Of a DNA stretch of 64,000 nucleotides, positions 58,919 to 64,000 are shown in pieces. The stretch covers positions 21,447 to 85,446 of the forward strand of contig CATOJY010000005.1 in the NCBI GenBank assembly GCA_951800685.1, read 5' to 3'. Position 1 is the first letter of the stretch, and every line of letters starts with the position of its first letter. The notes beneath the pieces were generated by a model, which had not been told where the DNA came from, ran no database searches, and saw only the letters and a list, made by a program, of their open reading frames with translations. A program made the translations under genes and the position numbers. The stretch is from an uncultured Lachnospiraceae bacterium. GTDB lineage: Bacteria > Bacillota > Clostridia > Lachnospirales > Lachnospiraceae.

Positions 58919-60292
58919 TTATTGGGCTTCCTTCTTCTCTTCAAAAAGATCATCCCGCGTGAGGTTCTGCAGCCACTTGCCGCTGCGGTAACGCTTGATG
59001 ACCCAGGGCCACTTCACGAACTCGTCAGTGCATAATAAGAAGTAGACGACTAATACGGGCAGTTTGAAAACGAAAGCGGCGATAAATCCCAGCGGTACAG
59101 CATAGCACCACATATCGATCGTATCGCAGATCAGGCCGAAACGGGTGTCTCCTCCGGCGCGGAATATACCTGCAATCAGAGTTGTGTTGACGGCAGCGCC
59201 CATGACATAATAGCTGTTGATGAGTAGCATGTACTTTAAGTAGTGCATCGCCGTATCTGACAGAGAGGCAAAGTGCAGCACAAAGGGGGTGATGGCGAGA
59301 ACGATGGCACCGCCTATGGCCCCAGTGATTACGGTCAGTTTTAGCAGGTTGGAAGCGTATTCCTTCGTCCGTGCCATATCGTTTTCCCCCATGACATTGC
59401 CAAGGAGGATACCGCCTGCGCTGGCTGTGCCGAAGCAGAGGACCGTACCGAAGTTACGCACTACCACAACCAGAGAATTGGCAGCCACGGCATCCGTACC
59501 CAGATGCCCAAGAATAACGGAGTACATGGAAAAAGCGACACTCCATGAGATATCGTTGGCAAGGGCCGGCAGGGACAGATGAATGAAATCTTTCAACAGT
59601 ACTTTGTTGCGGATAAATAAGTAAGCCGGATTCAACTTAAGCTCACTGCCGAACATGGACACTAAGAGGCAGCCGATCAATTCTATGATACGGGAAATAG
59701 CGGTGGCGATCGCAACGCCTGTCGCGCCCAGACGGGGTGCGCCAAACAGTCCGAAGATGAACACTGCATTCAGGAATACATTGAGGGAGAAGGCAATGAT
59801 ATTCAACACCATGGATGTTGTCACCATGCCAATACTGCGAAGAATGGACAGATATACCTCTACGATTGCCCAGCATAGGTAAGTTATGGACATAACCCGC
59901 AGATAATCCGCGCCGATCTGGATAAGTTCCGCATCTGTTGTAAAGATCTGCATCATTTTGTCTGGTGCAAATAATGCAAAAGCGGAAAAGGCCAGTGCGA
60001 TCAGTAAGGAGAAGCGGAGCGCTATGCCTTCGATTACCTGGATCGCCCGTAAGTCTTTTTTGCCCCAGTATTGTGCACTTAGGATTGTTGCGCCGGTGCC
60101 GAGGCCATAGAAGACCATGAAAAGAACGCTTGCATAGTTGGATGCAAGCGATACAGCCGAGATGGAAGACTGTCCAACATAGTTGAGCATGACTACGTCC
60201 GCCGAGTTGACGGCGGCGCTTAACAGGTTCTGTACAATGATCGGTATTACCAGCTTTAGAATTTGAGAATAAAATCTGCCTTTCGTATTCAT
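58919..60292 (-). CDS. MATE efflux transporter
   Basis: ADVVML, AQYWGKKD, LGATGVAIAT, FRAGGD. Confidence 0.93.
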   Translation of the reverse strand: MNTKGRFYSQILKLVIPIIVQNLLSAAVNSADVVMLNYVGQSSISAVSLASNYASVLFMVFYGLGTGATILSAQYWGKKDLRAIQVIEGIALRFSLLIALAFSAFALFAPDKMMQIFTTDAELIQIGADYLRVMSITYLCWAIVEVYLSILRSIGMVTTSMVLNIIAFSLNVFLNAVFIFGLFGAPRLGATGVAIATAISRIIELIGCLLVSMFGSELKLNPAYLFIRNKVLLKDFIHLSLPALANDISWSVAFSMYSVILGHLGTDAVAANSLVVVVRNFGTVLCFGTASAGGILLGNVMGENDMARTKEYASNLLKLTVITGAIGGAIVLAITPFVLHFASLSDTAMHYLKYMLLINSYYVMGAAVNTTLIAGIFRAGGDTRFGLICDTIDMWCYAVPLGFIAAFVFKLPVLVVYFLLCTDEFVKWPWVIKRYRSGKWLQNLTRDDLFEEKKEAQ

Positions 60293-60565
60293 AATTGTCC
60301 CTCACATTATAATATGTAGATTGATTCTGCGCCTGCTGTACAGTGCAATGTTATATAAGAATACTCTCGCTCAATGGGCTTTGTCAATATATATTTTTTA
60401 ATGCTATATTTGGGCGGAATAATGTGATACAATGGGTTATAGTTGGTGCCATCCAGAAGGAATCTGGGGATTTAATGGGCATGACTTGCAGGAGCCTGCA
60501 GAACCGGCAGGGCTGATGAACGGTGATAAGAATAAGATTTACATGGTTAAGGGTGGAGGTTACTT

Positions 60566-61099
60566 ATGAAGACTGGGAAGAAGATGGAAGAATATGTGCG
60601 CAGCATACCGGATTTTCCGGAGAAGGGGATTGTTTTCCGGGATGTGACGAGTGTACTGCAGGACCCGGACGGGCTGGCACTGGCGATCGATTCGATGAAG
60701 AAGATGTTAGAGGGAATTGAATTTGACGTGATTGTGGGCACGGAGTCCAGAGGCTTTATTTTTGGAGTGCCTATTGCCTATGCCATGCACAAGGGATTTG
60801 TTCCGGTCCGCAAGAAAGGGAAGCTGCCTTTGGAGGTCATCTCGAAAGAATATGATCTTGAGTATGGCAGTTCTGTAGTGGAAATGCATAAAGATTCCAT
60901 CAAGCCCGGACAGAAGGTGGTCGTAGTGGATGACCTGATTGCGACGGGCGGTACGATCGAGGCGAGCATTCAGATGGTTGAAGAGTTGGGCGGTGAAGTA
61001 GTTAAGGTAATCTTCCTGATGGAACTGGCGGGGCTTAAGGGAAGAGAACGCCTGAAAGGCTACGACATTGACAGCGTCATCATCTATGAAGGCAACTAA
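60566..61099 (+). CDS. apt: Adenine phosphoribosyltransferase
   Basis: IPDFPEKGIVFRD, ESRGF, RKKGKLP, VVVVDDLIATGGT. Confidence 0.96.
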   Translation: MKTGKKMEEYVRSIPDFPEKGIVFRDVTSVLQDPDGLALAIDSMKKMLEGIEFDVIVGTESRGFIFGVPIAYAMHKGFVPVRKKGKLPLEVISKEYDLEYGSSVVEMHKDSIKPGQKVVVVDDLIATGGTIEASIQMVEELGGEVVKVIFLMELAGLKGRERLKGYDIDSVIIYEGN

Positions 61100-61135
61100 A
61101 GGTGTAAACCTACTTATGAGAAAAGGAGAATAGTG

Positions 61136-62494
61136 ATGTTACAAAAATGGTTTAAACTAAAAGAAAACAACACAAGCGTCAGGACAGAAGTGGTTGCCGG
61201 TGTCACTACTTTTATGACAATGGCCTATATCCTGGCAGTCAATCCGTCCATCCTGTCCGCTTCGGGCATGGACAGCAATGCAATCCTGATGGCGACGGCG
61301 CTTGCATCCTTCATCGGTACGCTGGCGATGGCGCTTCTTGCCAATTATCCTTTTGCCCTCGCTCCGGGACTTGGCTTAAATGCATACTTTGCCTATACTG
61401 TGTGCGGCGCTATGGGATATTCCTGGCAGATTGCGCTTCTGGCTGTATTTGTGGAAGGCCTTATCTTCATTGTACTGTCAGTGACCAATGTACGGGAAGC
61501 GATTTTCAACGCAATTCCAATGCAGCTTAAGAGAGGTGTTTCTGTCGGAATTGGTCTGTTTATTGCATTTATTGGCTTTCAAAATGCAGGGATTGTTGTC
61601 AATTCGGATGCTACGCTTGTCACAGTGATCGATTTCACGGCGGATTTCCATACGGCAGGCATCAGCGCGCTGTTGGCGATCATTGGCACGTTCCTCATTG
61701 TTATTTTACATATTAAGGGAGTGAAAGGATCTATCCTGATCGGTATCTTTGCGACCTGGATCCTTGGAATTATCTGCCAGCTTACGGGATTGTATACGGT
61801 GACCCCGGAGGCTGGTTATTACTCGCTGCTTCCGTCCTGGAGCAGTTTCAGCCTGTCATCGATCAGCCTGACTTTCGGACAGTGCTTTAGAGCGGATTTT
61901 GGTGCGGTCAGGATCACAGATTTTATTGTCATCATTCTGGCGTTCCTATTCGTAGATATTTTCGACACCCTTGGAACTTTGATCGGATGTGCGAACAAAG
62001 CAGATATGCTGGATAAGGAAGGCAAACTTCCCAGAATCAAACAGGCGCTTCTGGCAGATGCCATTGCAACGAGCGCGGGAGCGGTGCTTGGCACTTCCAC
62101 CACTACGACTTTTGTGGAGAGTTCCGCAGGTGTTGCGGAGGGCGGCAGGACAGGACTTGCTTCTGTTGTGACAGGGTTCCTATTCCTGCTTGCAATTTTC
62201 TTTGCGCCGATCTTTACGTCAATTCCCGGTTTTGCGACAGCCCCAGCGCTGTTGTTTGTCGGATTCCTGATGATTACGGCGATTGCCCAGATTGATTTCG
62301 ATAATCTTACGGAAGCGATTCCGGCTTATCTCTGTCTGTTGGCTATGCCGCTTCTGTACAGCATTTCAGAGGGAATCGCGGTTGGAGTTATTTCCTATGT
62401 GGTCATCAATGCGGTATGCGGCAGGGCTAAGAAGATTACGCCGCTTATGTATATTTTGGCAGTATTGTTTGTATGTAAATATATTTTCCTCTAA
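61136..62494 (+). CDS. NCS2/AzgA-like purine permease
   Basis: AGVTTFMTMAYILAVNP, APGLGLNAYF, FDTLGT, FVESSAGVAEGGRTGL. Confidence 0.93.
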   Translation: MLQKWFKLKENNTSVRTEVVAGVTTFMTMAYILAVNPSILSASGMDSNAILMATALASFIGTLAMALLANYPFALAPGLGLNAYFAYTVCGAMGYSWQIALLAVFVEGLIFIVLSVTNVREAIFNAIPMQLKRGVSVGIGLFIAFIGFQNAGIVVNSDATLVTVIDFTADFHTAGISALLAIIGTFLIVILHIKGVKGSILIGIFATWILGIICQLTGLYTVTPEAGYYSLLPSWSSFSLSSISLTFGQCFRADFGAVRITDFIVIILAFLFVDIFDTLGTLIGCANKADMLDKEGKLPRIKQALLADAIATSAGAVLGTSTTTTFVESSAGVAEGGRTGLASVVTGFLFLLAIFFAPIFTSIPGFATAPALLFVGFLMITAIAQIDFDNLTEAIPAYLCLLAMPLLYSISEGIAVGVISYVVINAVCGRAKKITPLMYILAVLFVCKYIFL

Positions 62495-62505
62495 GAGGAA
62501 GCTTT

Positions 62506-62531
62506 AAGGCAGCCATGAGGCTGCCTTTTTT
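62506..62531 (+). terminator. Rho-independent terminator
   Basis: AAGGCAGCC-atga-GGCTGCCTT followed by TTTT. Confidence 0.8.
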
Positions 62532-62543
62532 CTTGGAAAAAGT

Positions 62544-63350
62544 TCACAGGATCGTCTGAGGAACAGGGTCCGCATGCCTGGAATGAGCGTATTCGGAGGG
62601 GGACATGCCGCATTGCAGTTTAAAATAGCGGGCGAAGTGGGACAAGTTGGAGAAACCGGAAAAAGCTGCGGCCTGGCCGACAGGCAGCGCCTCCACGCGC
62701 AGCAGGTATTTGGCGCGTTCCAGTCGGGCGTCTAATAACTCTGACTTGGGAGAACGGTTGAAAAACAACTTGTAATAATTATAGAATTGGCTTACACCCA
62801 GGTTTGTCAGGGCGGCCATGCTGTCTGTGTCCCACGCACGGTCGAGATGGGTCAGGATTTCGATTCTTGCCTTGCGGAACTGCTCGTAGAGGTCGGCCGG
62901 GATGTCGGATTCCCTCGCACAGATATGTACTTGTCTGGAAAAAAGGATGAACAGATGCCGCATCAGCAGATCGATCTGTTCTGGGTAGTAATCTTGTTTC
63001 AGTACACTTTCCACATAGATATTTCTGAGCAGAGTGTTGATGGAAGCGGGATCTGGTAGATAGACGATTCTGTTAACAGGCAGATTATAATCTTGCAGGA
63101 AGGAGTCGTCGTCACAGGTAAAATGGACGAAACTGTTTTTGAATCGTTTGACGGCCTGATAGATTTGGGGTGTTCCTGGGGTGTAGAGCAGAAATGCATT
63201 TTCCCTGGTAGTGATGGTCTTCGTGCCAAGCTGTATTTTCATAGGGGTGATCAGGTACAAGAAAAGATAGTCGCCGCTTCCGCAGGGCCGGCTGATCTCG
63301 TCGCGGTCTGGATTAGAGCGGTTGTAGTCGCAGTAGGATGGATGGAACAT
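62544..63350 (-). CDS. AraC-family regulator, divergent from abfA
   Basis: RPCGSGDYLFL N-terminal domain; RLERAKYLL...GFSNLSHFARYFK...GMSP. Confidence 0.92.
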   Translation of the reverse strand: MFHPSYCDYNRSNPDRDEISRPCGSGDYLFLYLITPMKIQLGTKTITTRENAFLLYTPGTPQIYQAVKRFKNSFVHFTCDDDSFLQDYNLPVNRIVYLPDPASINTLLRNIYVESVLKQDYYPEQIDLLMRHLFILFSRQVHICARESDIPADLYEQFRKARIEILTHLDRAWDTDSMAALTNLGVSQFYNYYKLFFNRSPKSELLDARLERAKYLLRVEALPVGQAAAFSGFSNLSHFARYFKLQCGMSPSEYAHSRHADPVPQTIL

Positions 63351-63451
63351 GGGGAAACTCCTTTGTGATGGCAGTCTCTACAGCCGTGTATTGAACTAGA
63401 TGGATCCGGTGACACGGGGTAGGCAAGTGACAAAAATATGGTATATGAAAT

Positions 63452-64000
<549 letters not shown>

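Noticed and set aside
60430-60565. Purine riboswitch upstream of apt and the NCS2 permease
   Set aside because: Core TATA..ATATGG..GTTTCTACC..CCGTAAA..GACTA not found by eye; an Rfam scan would settle it

Overview
Chromosomal window of a gut Clostridia bacterium, most likely Lachnospiraceae (judged from gene content and strong AAGGAGG RBSs). I see no rRNA, tRNA, CRISPR, IS or phage. 1-17 kb: a carbohydrate locus with GH36 alpha-galactosidase (cut by the left edge, absent from the ORF track), AraC, an Opp-family oligosaccharide ABC importer, GH13, GH31 and GH38. 17-25 kb is the most unusual block. An AraC gene is divergent from three tandem paralogous 46-48 aa peptide genes that the ORF track missed or mis-started (invariant LKRNSYTLLNVSPR block with only synonymous changes). 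These are followed by TetR and a SCP2 / hydrolase / stand-alone condensation domain / ACP / acyl-AMP ligase operon resembling clostridial fatty-acid-amide clusters. 25-64 kb: mixed housekeeping and accessory genes, including a degenerate M23-bactofilin pair, TrkAH, MFS/MATE/ABC efflux, a radical SAM protein ending in a QLSLF clamp motif, SPFH+RHH, an ECF sigma/anti-sigma pair, two polar amino-acid ABC importers (one with a circularly permuted binding protein behind a HisR-like box), apt, an NCS2 permease and a truncated GH51 abfA. Family calls come from motif recognition by eye, not from database searches.
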